Positions 18,812-29,223 of a stretch of DNA of 64,000 nt are shown piece by piece. The stretch comes from a virus (Duplodnaviria; Caudoviricetes). The notes beneath the pieces were generated by a model, which was not told where the DNA came from, searched no databases, and worked only from the letters and a program-made list of their open reading frames with translations. The first letter of the stretch is position 1. Every line of letters begins with the position of its first letter. The stretch lies in the IMG/VR virus record IMGVR_UViG_3300031993_006627, positions 1-64,000 of that record; one strand, given 5' to 3'. The translations under genes and the position numbers were made by a program.

Positions 18812-19561
18812 ATGAAAACTATCACGATTTCCGCCCGTAATGCTTCCCGTGAATTCGAGGGCAATGACCTTGACACTGTCGTTTCTGTTCTCTCCCATGC
18901 GGCTACCCGTTCCTTCTTCGGATTCGACCCCGCAGAATCCGCAGATGCCATCAATGAGGCGCTCGACACGCTTATCCCCAACATCGTTACCATCGTCAGC
19001 GGTGGCAACGCAGTCGAACTGAAGAAGATCCCGGAATCCTTCCGCAACGCCATGCTGAATGCAGTTCTGGAAGATGGCGCCGAGATTGAGATCGATTACT
19101 ATGCAGCTGAGGACAACGACGCCAATGAAGTCGATAACGACGGTGGCTTTGATCCGACTGCGAATGGCAATCCGGAGAACTGGCATGTGAACGGCATGGA
19201 TACCGGAATTCCTCTGAAGGACGCTCAGGAAGGCGACTTCACAAAAGCCGGTGACGAGCAGTCGGAGCCCCCGCAGGGTACGGCCGGTGAAAAGCGCCAC
19301 AGCCTGGTCACGGTGAGCACCAATGGCGGCATGGTCACGACCCCGATTGAGATCGAGGATGGCGTGACCACTGTGCGCACTGTCATCTACAACAAAGTCG
19401 TTCTCAGCCGTGCCGGCATGGACGAAACTGCCATGAGCAACTGTATGGTAAATCTGAACGGCGACATCATCAATCCCAACAACATCAACATCCGCAAGCT
19501 GCATGCGGGTGATACTCTCGATATCACCCCGCGCTTCGCATCGAAACTCGGCGCAGAATGA
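18812..19561 (+). CDS. Ubiquitin-like protein, probably two beta-grasp domains, ends KLGAE
   Basis: LEDGAEIEI and VNLNG..LHAGDTLDI motifs joined by an acidic linker. Confidence 0.68.
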   Translation: MKTITISARNASREFEGNDLDTVVSVLSHAATRSFFGFDPAESADAINEALDTLIPNIVTIVSGGNAVELKKIPESFRNAMLNAVLEDGAEIEIDYYAAEDNDANEVDNDGGFDPTANGNPENWHVNGMDTGIPLKDAQEGDFTKAGDEQSEPPQGTAGEKRHSLVTVSTNGGMVTTPIEIEDGVTTVRTVIYNKVVLSRAGMDETAMSNCMVNLNGDIINPNNINIRKLHAGDTLDITPRFASKLGAE

Positions 19562-20064
19562 ATTCTCCTCGGCATTGGAAGATCGTGATACCGGTGAAAC
19601 CTAAGGCAGTGCAAGCTGTCAGAGGCGGTCGCCGGGGCTTCTATGCCGACAAGAAGGTAATTGCTTGGAAGGATTCGATCAGACCTTTCATCAGAAAAGC
19701 CTGCAAGGGTTCTCCAAGCAAGCTGCCGATTCGTGCAATGTCCTTGCGCTACATCTTCAAGCTCCCGCAGACGGCTCCTCCGCACATTGTCAAGTTTGTT
19801 GAGCAGGGTGGCTACGTACCGTACCTGATGCAGATTGACATTACGGACAACCTGTCGAAGGGCGTGATTGATGTGTGCAAGGGCATTGTTTTCGAGGATG
19901 ACAGCCAGATCTGGGATATGAGTGAAGTCAAGAAGCTGTACGGCACCAGTGACCGTATAGAGCTTGAGTTCGAGGAAACCCCTGATGTGGTGATGTTGCA
20001 TGCGAAAGGGGAGAAATGTGAGTCAAAAGACCAACTTTCTGTCGACGCAGAGCTTGCTTTTTGA
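19558..20064 (+). CDS. rusA: RusA-like Holliday junction resolvase
   Basis: DITDNLSKGVID..FEDDSQI. Confidence 0.85.
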   Translation: MNSPRHWKIVIPVKPKAVQAVRGGRRGFYADKKVIAWKDSIRPFIRKACKGSPSKLPIRAMSLRYIFKLPQTAPPHIVKFVEQGGYVPYLMQIDITDNLSKGVIDVCKGIVFEDDSQIWDMSEVKKLYGTSDRIELEFEETPDVVMLHAKGEKCESKDQLSVDAELAF

Positions 20065-20374
20065 GCGAGCTGCTTTGCACGGGTTGGTGGACACGCTGTG
20101 GCAGGATGGAGTCCTGAACAGGAAAGGTGTCTACGCTCTGATGTCCGAGACGCTGCAGAAGGACGAGGTCCATATCTCCGATATGACAACGGAGGAGATG
20201 GAGAAGATCGTCCAGAGGATGCAGCCGATGGTCGCAAAGCATCTGAACCGGATATGTCACTGCTGCAAGCACGGATACAAGGGAGCACTTGGTCTGTATA
20301 TATGCGAGTGTACCGGCAAGTTCTCGCTCACGAACAAGGAGCCTTGCAATGCTTTTGCCGGCGATGAACTTTGA
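20018..20374 (+). CDS. Hypothetical protein (DUF3268-like)
   Basis: RAALH..DTLWQ..R..VY..HI pattern plus a Cys cluster. Confidence 0.55.
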   Translation: MSQKTNFLSTQSLLFERAALHGLVDTLWQDGVLNRKGVYALMSETLQKDEVHISDMTTEEMEKIVQRMQPMVAKHLNRICHCCKHGYKGALGLYICECTGKFSLTNKEPCNAFAGDEL

Positions 20375-20759
20375 CCAAGTCAACTGCCGGATGGATTTCT
20401 TCTTCTGTCTTTCGTTTGAGGACATCACCGAGGAATCCTTGCGGGCTTATCTGCCGATTCTCAAACTTTCCACTCCAGGTGGAATATCTTTGAAACTGTA
20501 TGGTAAGACTTTGCGTATCCGACTGACAGTCAAGAACATAGAAGCGTGCTTCCCCTTGACGGGAATGGCGACGCACACTAGTTACGAGCACAATGTAATC
20601 TATCGCAGCGTGAGGAACGCCGAGAATTACGTCGATACGATTTATCGGACGATTCTGGAGTTGGATCACGTTGCTACAACAATGAAAGGAGATCTCAGTG
20701 GCTTTATCCAACCGAGACAAGAACCTGATCGAGGCGTTCTGGCAGTCGTGCCAGTTTGA
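20364..20759 (+). CDS. Hypothetical protein
   Basis: ORF in operon. Confidence 0.6.
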   Translation: MNFDQVNCRMDFFFCLSFEDITEESLRAYLPILKLSTPGGISLKLYGKTLRIRLTVKNIEACFPLTGMATHTSYEHNVIYRSVRNAENYVDTIYRTILELDHVATTMKGDLSGFIQPRQEPDRGVLAVVPV

Positions 20760-22083
20760 TTCGGTGCCGGAAACTGTCCAGTATGTGCGTGGTGAGGATG
20801 TGTATTACACCCACAAGTACGCATTTCTGATTAAGCCGGCAGCAGACGCAGACAAGGCGACGATGAAACAGGGTGAATTGTACCCGTACATCAAGTCGAA
20901 ACCTCTGAAGACGATCAAGGATATCACCCGGTGCGATCCCAGCGTGTGTCTGTCGGGTGATGGCATCGAGATACCGGATATTCGTCAGCTGAAGGATACG
21001 GAGTTCCTTGTCACGAAGGCGGGAACTGGCGGCAGCCAGGCGTCTTTCCTGTATTTTCTGAGAGACAAGCCGTCCCATAAGGAAGTGACAGGAGGTGTGA
21101 ACCTGGAAGGCTCGTCCCTGTCTATGCTTCCGATGCGCCCCTATACGTTCAAAGAGGAGACAATGGGAGGGAACTACGATGGCTGCACATTCGAGCTCCA
21201 CGTGTTCTTCCCGTTGAATGCTCCTATTGTCGTTATACGGGGCGATGTCGTTCGTCTCTATTGCATGACCTGCACGGACTTCAAGGACATCCTGTATAAG
21301 CCTGTGCTGGTGAACGGCAGTTATTTCAAACTGGATGGCTGGAGACACTCCCAGACACCAGGATCTTCAACATATCAATACTTCAAGAAACTGAAAGGCA
21401 AAGAAACCATGAATCTGCCCAAACTTGGTTCCCCCATCAAAGCCGGTGCCAAACCTACCGCTCCTGCACAGACCGTTACTCCGCCTGCCGACGCAACCCC
21501 GCTCGAACAGGCTGCCGCCGAGACACCGGTCGCGCCTCCTGTCCGTCCGCTGCCGAAGCGCAGGCTTGCTCCGACGCCTGCACCGGCGCCCAAGGTTGTT
21601 CCTGCTCCGGAACCGGCCGGAACGCCGGAAGACAGCGTGACCGTGGAAGAGCTCCAGCAGCGCCAGGCTGAGGAGCCCCAGGTCGAGACCTTCGAGCAGC
21701 CCATCAACGCGATGGAGCAGCCGATGGAGGATCCTGCGGAGCCCGTCACGGTCGCGGAAGAACAGACTGACATTCCGAAGGACCGGGTGACTCAGCCGGA
21801 TCGCGAGATGACCCAGGCCGAATATGCGGCACTCAAGAAGCGTACCCGCAAGCCGGCTCCGGTCGTTCCTGTGGGATTCGATTTCGGCCCAGTGCTTGAA
21901 TACACCGGGAGTGCCCTGCCGGAAGATCTCACGGCTGACCAGATCGAGGCGGAGATTCGCTCCCTGCGGGATCTCATCATCAACGCCGGTCGCCGTATGT
22001 GCAATCTCACGTTTGCTATGCGCAAGACCGGTAGCGCTTCCGAAGCGAAGCTCAAGGCTCTGGCGGATCTCCTCGGAAAATGA
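20698..22083 (+). CDS. Hypothetical protein with Pro/Ala/Glu-rich linker
   Basis: RBS AAAGGAG; possible internal start at ~21409. Confidence 0.75.
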   Translation: MALSNRDKNLIEAFWQSCQFDSVPETVQYVRGEDVYYTHKYAFLIKPAADADKATMKQGELYPYIKSKPLKTIKDITRCDPSVCLSGDGIEIPDIRQLKDTEFLVTKAGTGGSQASFLYFLRDKPSHKEVTGGVNLEGSSLSMLPMRPYTFKEETMGGNYDGCTFELHVFFPLNAPIVVIRGDVVRLYCMTCTDFKDILYKPVLVNGSYFKLDGWRHSQTPGSSTYQYFKKLKGKETMNLPKLGSPIKAGAKPTAPAQTVTPPADATPLEQAAAETPVAPPVRPLPKRRLAPTPAPAPKVVPAPEPAGTPEDSVTVEELQQRQAEEPQVETFEQPINAMEQPMEDPAEPVTVAEEQTDIPKDRVTQPDREMTQAEYAALKKRTRKPAPVVPVGFDFGPVLEYTGSALPEDLTADQIEAEIRSLRDLIINAGRRMCNLTFAMRKTGSASEAKLKALADLLGK

Positions 22084-23600
22084 GAATCCAACGGCAATGT
22101 CGCGCTCTTGCAGACGAATTGACCGACAGGGTACGCACCCAGTTGCCGGGTGAGGTCGACAATTACTGCAAGGACCGTGAGAGCAAAAAGCCGAACAAGA
22201 AGCCGGACAGCGAACTGTATGTCGATGAGAAGGATAACACGGTTCTCATCGGAGGTACGCTGTCCGGCGACCTTTCCAACACCAGCATGTGTCTGGTTGG
22301 TGAGGGCATGACCGTAGAGATCGGGGAAGGCAGCATCGTGATGGGCTGCGTCTTCACCAGACTGGATTTGTCCAGTATCTACGACGCATCCGTGAAGGAA
22401 TTACATGAGCAGCATCATGTCAAGATCGGCAGGAACTGTATGCTGATCGGTTGTCTGTTCCGTGATGATTGCGTCATAGGGGACAATGCGACCATGGCAT
22501 CTTCCGCTGTCAGCCAGGCAACGATTGGTGAAGATGCAAGGCTGTTCATGTCATCTGTGCTTCTGCGGTATGGACGGGTTGGAGACCGCTTTACAGCCGT
22601 CCAAACGCTGTTCCATTCGGACAAGTGTGAAGTGGGCGCAGACGCCTTTATGATGAGCGGAAAGTACGGCATAATATCATGGGAACCCGCGATTAAAGAG
22701 TTGTACCAGGAAATCTATAGTCGCTGTGTGTTCCTGGCAGGCAGTAATGCAGTGCTAAACACGGTGAACGACTGTTTCCAGCATGGGGTGGAATACTACG
22801 ACAATCAGAAAGAGATGCAGAGACTTGCGGAAGAGGATCCGGATGACTTGTCTTACAAGTATTCGGTGGCTCCCACGGTATACCGCAAGCAGTATTTGTA
22901 CCTCGACAAGGTTGCCCGAATGCTGAAGCTCACGAACGATATCATCTGCTTCTACGCGAAAGATATCACGATGGACAAGGCCAAGTTCCCGCCTATGTAC
23001 GTTGTGCTGCGCGACCGCATCACATGCAGTAATGCAGAACGTGAGTGGGACAACTACGATGAACGCAAGTTCACGTTCCGGGAGGTATTTGCCTATGAGC
23101 CACGTATCAGAATCGGCAACAATGTACAGTTCTTCAGTCCATTTGCCCTTTGCGTGACCCGTATCGAGCAGGATACTTATGCAAGCTGGAGACGCCAGAG
23201 GGTGAAACCCTGCGGCTTCGACAGCTTTACCTGGAACAAGTTCAACGGTTATGAACACGACTTGGTGATTGGTGACGACTGTGTTATCACAAGTTGCGCC
23301 GACTGGCTTGAGTTCAAGCCGATCCCGCACTATGAGCGTGCGGGCAAATTCACCATGAAGGATGGCGTTACGTTCTATGTCCCGACAGAAAGGGACGGCA
23401 GCGCTTCGTTCATTGATGGACTGCGGACAGTGGATATCCTCGCTGATTCAGGAAGATCACATAGACTGTTCACCGGAGTGGAATACATCTTCGAGGACAA
23501 CACCAGAATCTTCATGCGGCAGGCTATCAACTGGCAGGCCAAGTCGAACAGTTACGTGTGGCGCATTAAGGTAAAGCCAGGAGACATGGCAGTCATTTAA
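22080..23600 (+). CDS. Protein with hexapeptide (left-handed beta-helix)-like repeats
   Basis: VEIGEGSIV, VKIGRNCML, CVIGDNA, IRIGNNV, LVIGDDCVI. Confidence 0.7.
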   Translation: MRIQRQCRALADELTDRVRTQLPGEVDNYCKDRESKKPNKKPDSELYVDEKDNTVLIGGTLSGDLSNTSMCLVGEGMTVEIGEGSIVMGCVFTRLDLSSIYDASVKELHEQHHVKIGRNCMLIGCLFRDDCVIGDNATMASSAVSQATIGEDARLFMSSVLLRYGRVGDRFTAVQTLFHSDKCEVGADAFMMSGKYGIISWEPAIKELYQEIYSRCVFLAGSNAVLNTVNDCFQHGVEYYDNQKEMQRLAEEDPDDLSYKYSVAPTVYRKQYLYLDKVARMLKLTNDIICFYAKDITMDKAKFPPMYVVLRDRITCSNAEREWDNYDERKFTFREVFAYEPRIRIGNNVQFFSPFALCVTRIEQDTYASWRRQRVKPCGFDSFTWNKFNGYEHDLVIGDDCVITSCADWLEFKPIPHYERAGKFTMKDGVTFYVPTERDGSASFIDGLRTVDILADSGRSHRLFTGVEYIFEDNTRIFMRQAINWQAKSNSYVWRIKVKPGDMAVI

Positions 23601-23610
23601 GGAGAAAACA

Positions 23611-24132
23611 ATGTCTTTAACAAAAGCAGCAGTCGACATGCTGGGCGCGAAGCTCGCTGACGACAATGTTGACGGTCCGATAACGCCGACCGGGATGACC
23701 AAGGGGCCGAGAGGCACCGTGATCGTCAATCCGTCAACATCCAGTCCGCGAACTGCGAAGACTGGTCCCTTGGTCGATCCCCAGGGACAGATGATCCAGC
23801 AGCAGACAGAAACCGCGCCTCCTCCGCCGGCGAAGAAAGGCAGGAAGCGCGTGCTGAAACAGGAGCCGCCCAAGCAGACGCTTGTGAAGGCTACTGTGCA
23901 TGTGAACGGCATGGATATTACGACACAGTATGTGCACCTGAATATCGGTGCAGGCATTCTGGTGTTGTGGCTGAATGAGATGTCGTTCGTACCGCCGCCG
24001 GCCATGAAAGGCGCTGATGGTAACATCATAGGAAAGGTCCAGTTCGCCGGCATCGAAGGCGAATGGGCAAATCTCGGCCAGGCATTCACGGACAGAGACG
24101 GCACGCGGTGTGTCGTGCTCTTCAAAACGTAA
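23611..24132 (+). CDS. Hypothetical protein
   Basis: RBS AAGGAG. Confidence 0.75.
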   Translation: MSLTKAAVDMLGAKLADDNVDGPITPTGMTKGPRGTVIVNPSTSSPRTAKTGPLVDPQGQMIQQQTETAPPPPAKKGRKRVLKQEPPKQTLVKATVHVNGMDITTQYVHLNIGAGILVLWLNEMSFVPPPAMKGADGNIIGKVQFAGIEGEWANLGQAFTDRDGTRCVVLFKT

Positions 24133-24142
24133 GGAGGCCATT

Positions 24143-24313
24143 ATGGCAATGGACAAATGCAGTGCAGAGGGTCGCCCTTGCACGTTCTGCGGGAAGGATG
24201 CCCTGCCGGGTACCGACCCCGCCGTCTGCGAGGATCACCTTCAGCAGACGAAAGAAGCGTCCGGGGAGGAGAAGAAACCTCAGACGCTGAAAGAATTGGA
24301 AGCGCAGGACTGA
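24143..24313 (+). CDS. Small zinc-finger protein
   Basis: RBS AAGGAGG; CTFCG..CEDH. Confidence 0.65.
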   Translation: MAMDKCSAEGRPCTFCGKDALPGTDPAVCEDHLQQTKEASGEEKKPQTLKELEAQD

Positions 24314-24429
24314 TGGGATCGCTGTTCGAGTTTCTCGGCGGCTACTACGTTGGCCTGATTCTTCTTACTCCAGTGCTGCTGTTCATCGGCGTGTGCGCAG
24401 CAGCCTCCAAGCGATAACCAGGAGGTTTT

Positions 24430-25326
24430 GTGATTAACTTTCGAGAACAAAAAGCAACTCTTCTCGCCATGCCCAATGCCCTGGACATGGCGGAGTACGC
24501 CGCAAGGATCTGCTACAACAGTTCCAGGCCGCAGCGCGAAGATTACGACAGGATCAAGTTCCTGAAAAGTCTTGCGCATCGTGGCCATCTTACGCCGTTC
24601 GAGCATGGCTGGATCTGCATCCCGATTGGAGATAACTTCGACGGGATGACCAAGGATGTTTTCAAGGACATCGCTAACAGATCCGGCCGGCCGAGGACTT
24701 TGGTGAGATGGGACGATACGATGGACTATTGCGTGGCGAACCTGCGGACGTTCATCGAAGTCTGCGGCACGGAGAAAGCGTTCGAGCTCTTCGAGAAATG
24801 GAACGAGCGGGTTCCTGGCTGGTACTCGTTCGAAATCATTACCAGCCGTGCTATCGGCAACCAGCTGATCCGGCATCGCAGCCTGTCTTTCGAGAACACC
24901 TGGGAGCTCCCCGAATTTTCGATCAATCAGGAGTCGCTTCGCTGGGTTCCCCAAGGCGAGGCGTCTGTCTGCATTGGCAAAGGGTACAAAGCTGCGCTTG
25001 ACGAGAATCCCGGCATGAAGCAGAAATGGATCCACTCGATCAATCAGAGCTTCGAAGCGTACCGGTCATTGTGCGAGAGCTACAAGAAGGAGTTCGCAAG
25101 GACTGTCCTTCCGCTCTGCACGACTACCAGGATCATGATGACCGGCAGCGGCCATACCTGGGTGGAGTTCCTCAAACTCCGGCTTGAACAGAGCGCGGAG
25201 CCTCAGATGAGGGAACTTGCCCAGGACATCTACGCACAGCTCAAAGACCATCTGACATTCGAGGACGGATATCATGCCGAAGAAGAACCCTTCGCCTCCG
25301 TTGCCGAGGGTGCCTGTATCGGATGA
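24430..25326 (+). CDS. thyX: Flavin-dependent thymidylate synthase
   Basis: AARICY, GHLTPFEH, QLIRHR..QESLRW, KEFARTVLP, LRL..SAEPQMRELA. Confidence 0.9.
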   Translation: MINFREQKATLLAMPNALDMAEYAARICYNSSRPQREDYDRIKFLKSLAHRGHLTPFEHGWICIPIGDNFDGMTKDVFKDIANRSGRPRTLVRWDDTMDYCVANLRTFIEVCGTEKAFELFEKWNERVPGWYSFEIITSRAIGNQLIRHRSLSFENTWELPEFSINQESLRWVPQGEASVCIGKGYKAALDENPGMKQKWIHSINQSFEAYRSLCESYKKEFARTVLPLCTTTRIMMTGSGHTWVEFLKLRLEQSAEPQMRELAQDIYAQLKDHLTFEDGYHAEEEPFASVAEGACIG

Positions 25327-25840
25327 GGTCTACGTCTTTGCGAGGTCGTGTCGCACATTCAAGGAAGCCGCAAGCAAACTGATCTGCAGTCAGACCACAG
25401 CGAAGGCGCTGCGGAAGGACGACAGATCACTTAGGGTAACGCCGCTGGAACTGGCATCCATGGAGATGCAGGTCCGGCGGCTTACTTCTTTGACTGCGTT
25501 GCGCGGTCTTGTACAGACGTTCCGGAATCCGCCGAAGTCTCAGCTGAAATACATCGAGTTCATGCGGTCTGTAGCCGTATTTGCCGTGGATCACAGCGAC
25601 CAGCTGGACAAGTTCAAGCGAAAATGTCAGTTTCCGCGTGTCCACAGTGCTGTAGCATGGCATAGACCGCTGTATGCCCTTGCAGACATGATGTCCCATC
25701 AGATCATACCGCACATGCGGCAGACCTGGTGGGACTTCCCTGAATGCAGAGAAATGTTTTTCGGCGGGACAGGCTTCGAAGAGAAGTATATCAAACATCA
25801 CAAAAGGCACTACGGTGTAAAGAAGGAGGGCCCTCCATGA
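25274..25840 (+). CDS. Hypothetical protein
   Basis: ORF ending at a terminator; start uncertain. Confidence 0.6.
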   Translation: MPKKNPSPPLPRVPVSDEVYVFARSCRTFKEAASKLICSQTTAKALRKDDRSLRVTPLELASMEMQVRRLTSLTALRGLVQTFRNPPKSQLKYIEFMRSVAVFAVDHSDQLDKFKRKCQFPRVHSAVAWHRPLYALADMMSHQIIPHMRQTWWDFPECREMFFGGTGFEEKYIKHHKRHYGVKKEGPP

Positions 25841-25851
25841 GAGGGCCTTTT
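25829..25851 (+). terminator. Intrinsic terminator
   Basis: GGCCCTC-catga-GAGGGCC-TTTT. Confidence 0.75.
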
Positions 25852-25911
25852 ATATGATGACAACAGCATTTTATCTGGGGCTGTTATTTGCCCTGATTGT
25901 AGGTATAGCAA

Positions 25912-27570
25912 GTGCACTTAATCGACATTGATTATTACGACAGGGCTATCAGGCTCTACGGAGCACTTCTTCCAGGCAGTAAAACAAAGATACCGATTGT
26001 CATAGCGAGTACCACTTCCCCATGCCCGAACTGTGATAAGGGCCATGTCTTCTTCGACACCATGTCGACAGAGGGACATAGACCTGACAGCAATCACACA
26101 GCTCCTCATGTAGAGTTCCGTGTCCCATCCAGGACGACGGACGGCTGTGGGGATAAGGAAGGCTGGGGTCGTGCGGAGCCGTTGTTCACAACCAATGGTG
26201 CGGCTCTGCTGTCGAACACGCGATTCGTGGTGACGAATGCGTGGCTTGGCAAAAGTGGCCGCGTCGATGAACCGGGGAACACTCATACCAGAGACCATGT
26301 GTGGAACGTGTATTTGCGTGGCGTGATACACCAGCGGTTGAACACGGACTGCAATGCGCTGCTGTTGCCGGAAAGCAATCCGGAGTTCCGGTATGAGTTC
26401 GACTATCTGTGGCGTATCCCAAGGCATCCAGGCGATCTTCGGAAAGTTCCGATGATGGCCGCTGAAGTTGAGGATATGCACATGGACGCAACAGAGGGCG
26501 ATGTCGACAGTGACAGCATCGGTCTCCGCGTCATGACAGCAGATGGTCCTTTGAGGTTCGGTGTTCGCGCACCGGTCAGTACTTTGCCTGACATCAATAT
26601 GTGCTCTATGGACGCTTCCCTGCGTCAGTTCTACGGAACAGACCACATGTACACTACACCATTGAACAGACTCTGTCTGACAGCGATTGTATATTCTCTG
26701 GTGAAGAATCATCACATTACGAGGAAAGCCGCGTTCGATTTTCTCGGTCTTACGACGTGTGATGTCTACCCCGTGAAGAAACCCGGTTTTTACACCCTCG
26801 ACGACCCGCAGATGGAGCCTTCGCTCATCTATGGACGGGAGAAGCTCTGGGACAAGCGGCTGTACCGTCTGTACGGTGAACCGCTGTTCGACGGAACCGC
26901 ATCCCAGGAGGATATCAACAGATTCAAGGAACTGGCCGGCAGTACATGGGAGTATCTTCAGGATGTCCAGGTGATGTTCGCGCTTGATAAACCGCTCGAC
27001 AGCGATATCTGGTGGGGTGGTTCGAGTTACAAGCCGGACTGGCACTTGAGTGTCCGTACCTGTGGTCTCTTGTCTGATTTCCTCTGGAGACAGGAAGACA
27101 TCCCATGGGATCACCAGGAGCTGAAAGGGGAGAAAGACATCTGGAATGTCGACTGGAATCTGAAATGGGAGGCATGGAGCAAGACACGCAACAACAGGAC
27201 GGATTTCCGTCTGCTGGAACGTCTCGGCATTATCCCGTTCCTTCCCAGGATATACCCGGATGCCAAGCATGCAAGACAATGGGAATGGCTCGCGTCCTAC
27301 CGTCGCAGAATATATCCGGCCTGCGTAGTTCCGTGGAACAAGATTGAGCAGATGCCAGGAGAGATCGCCAAGCTGGCGAAAATGCTCGGTGAGGATGTCG
27401 ATCCGAAAACTGTCAAAGAAGGGCTCGCAAAACGAGCAATCGGCAGCAAGAGACCAGATACAGCCGTGTTCATGCTCGGCGTGATGGAGCTTACTGCATT
27501 ACCCAAAAATGACGTGGAGAAAACAATCAAGGACCAGCTCGGTCCGTACATCTATGTACCGCGTCCGTAA
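25912..27570 (+). CDS. Hypothetical protein (552 aa)
   Basis: Long ORF with phage-like codons. Confidence 0.75.
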   Translation: MHLIDIDYYDRAIRLYGALLPGSKTKIPIVIASTTSPCPNCDKGHVFFDTMSTEGHRPDSNHTAPHVEFRVPSRTTDGCGDKEGWGRAEPLFTTNGAALLSNTRFVVTNAWLGKSGRVDEPGNTHTRDHVWNVYLRGVIHQRLNTDCNALLLPESNPEFRYEFDYLWRIPRHPGDLRKVPMMAAEVEDMHMDATEGDVDSDSIGLRVMTADGPLRFGVRAPVSTLPDINMCSMDASLRQFYGTDHMYTTPLNRLCLTAIVYSLVKNHHITRKAAFDFLGLTTCDVYPVKKPGFYTLDDPQMEPSLIYGREKLWDKRLYRLYGEPLFDGTASQEDINRFKELAGSTWEYLQDVQVMFALDKPLDSDIWWGGSSYKPDWHLSVRTCGLLSDFLWRQEDIPWDHQELKGEKDIWNVDWNLKWEAWSKTRNNRTDFRLLERLGIIPFLPRIYPDAKHARQWEWLASYRRRIYPACVVPWNKIEQMPGEIAKLAKMLGEDVDPKTVKEGLAKRAIGSKRPDTAVFMLGVMELTALPKNDVEKTIKDQLGPYIYVPRP

Positions 27571-27610
27571 CCCTAAAGACCGGCGTAGGTTAACCGCCGT
27601 TTGAAAAGCA

Positions 27611-28258
27611 ATGGAAAAGTCTGTTGAAATTGAAGTTAACAGTTCCGTGAAAGAATTTACTGCTCTCTGGAATGAGAGCCTGGAGAACCGCTACGAAGCT
27701 GCAACGATCTACTACGGGTGCGTGACCGAGCACCCGGACGCTGAGGTGAAGGAGAAATTCTTTGCAGCGTTCCCGAACTGGACCGCTCTGCGCTGGCGCT
27801 GGATCTATTACGTCGGCGCCGGCAAGATTTGCAAAGCCATGCTGGACGTGCATAACTACAGCCTGGCGCTTGCGATGACCGCTATCCCGATCAAGGATCA
27901 GGAGGCCATCGTGAAATCCGGGCTGAAGCTGTACTGCAAGGAGCATCCCGGTGGAATCGTGATCCCGCTGAAGCGCCTCAATCGCAGGATGCTGGCGCAT
28001 GTCTACGATCTGCGCACGGGCGAAGCCAAGTCCGTTGCCCAGCAGCGCAAGACGCCGCTGTCCGAGCGCCCGGAGAAGGCCGCCATTATCTGGGTCCATG
28101 ACAAGGATGACCATCTGGCTGCCAAGGTCATCCGCCCTGTGCTGCTCGACAGGAAGATGCTCGAAGGCATCCTTCTGTTCAAGAACGCGGAAGGCGAGCG
28201 TATCTTCAGCGCTGCTGATCTCCGTGGCATCGCCAACAAGATCGGAGGACTCATCTGA
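27611..28258 (+). CDS. Hypothetical protein
   Basis: Strong codon bias. Confidence 0.75.
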   Translation: MEKSVEIEVNSSVKEFTALWNESLENRYEAATIYYGCVTEHPDAEVKEKFFAAFPNWTALRWRWIYYVGAGKICKAMLDVHNYSLALAMTAIPIKDQEAIVKSGLKLYCKEHPGGIVIPLKRLNRRMLAHVYDLRTGEAKSVAQQRKTPLSERPEKAAIIWVHDKDDHLAAKVIRPVLLDRKMLEGILLFKNAEGERIFSAADLRGIANKIGGLI

Positions 28259-29223
28259 TGAACTACCAGGCATCCAATCCCTCCGACTATCCGGTAGGGG
28301 AAATGGTGAAACTGCTGCCGAAGGATGTCAGGGATTGGGTGCTTGCCCAGTCGTTGGATACCAAGTCCCACCTCGACATCCACCAGCTCATGCTGAAAGC
28401 ACGCAGTGAGATGGGGCTGCCTCCGTGGCACATGTTCACAGCGGTTATGCAGGCATACGCGGCTGCCGCGTTCGAGGAGACAGGGGAACGGCTTGACGTT
28501 ACTTGTTCCTGGTTCGCCTGCGGGAAACAGCCGAGACCGCTGGATATCTACAACCACAAGTATGAGGACACCCACGAGATATGGGTGCACATGCATACTG
28601 GTGAGGATATCATGGTTGGTCATATTGTCGGCCGCTACGACGGCCGACCTGTGTTTTCATTCTGGGACGTTCGTACAGAACGTTACTGGTCTGATTGCAC
28701 GAGGGCTATGACCATTTATCACCCATACACCCGTGAACCCATTCTCACAAACTATGGGCTGGCGAAATGGCGCGACCATATTGCCGTGGACGGCCGGGCG
28801 ATTCTGCCGGAGATGACCAGACGCAGCGGAAAGAAGAAAGGCAAGGTCAACAAGGACGATGCACCGACAGAACCTCTGCCCAAACCTGTGGCTACGTTGT
28901 CCGAGACTTCCGCGAATATCCGGCTTACGCTGCTGAAGCTGTTTCAGTCCGTCATGGACCGGCGCATCTTCACCGACAGAGTGGCCGGCGGCGTGAATGG
29001 GGATGACGACATGTTCGAAGCGCTGTGCGGGATTCTACGCAACTCGATGGACATCTACATCACCAAACTTGAAAAGCGCGATGTTACTGCGATCCATATC
29101 CCGGATGCAGTATTCCTTGCGTGCAAGACTACAATGGAGATATTGGGCGAGGCTGAAGGCCTCGGCAATGCGCTCAAGATGTGGATGGAGGAGCTGGTGA
29201 AAACCGACGTCACCAGAGGTTAA
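28258..29223 (+). CDS. Hypothetical protein
   Basis: TGATG coupling. Confidence 0.75.
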   Translation: MNYQASNPSDYPVGEMVKLLPKDVRDWVLAQSLDTKSHLDIHQLMLKARSEMGLPPWHMFTAVMQAYAAAAFEETGERLDVTCSWFACGKQPRPLDIYNHKYEDTHEIWVHMHTGEDIMVGHIVGRYDGRPVFSFWDVRTERYWSDCTRAMTIYHPYTREPILTNYGLAKWRDHIAVDGRAILPEMTRRSGKKKGKVNKDDAPTEPLPKPVATLSETSANIRLTLLKLFQSVMDRRIFTDRVAGGVNGDDDMFEALCGILRNSMDIYITKLEKRDVTAIHIPDAVFLACKTTMEILGEAEGLGNALKMWMEELVKTDVTRG

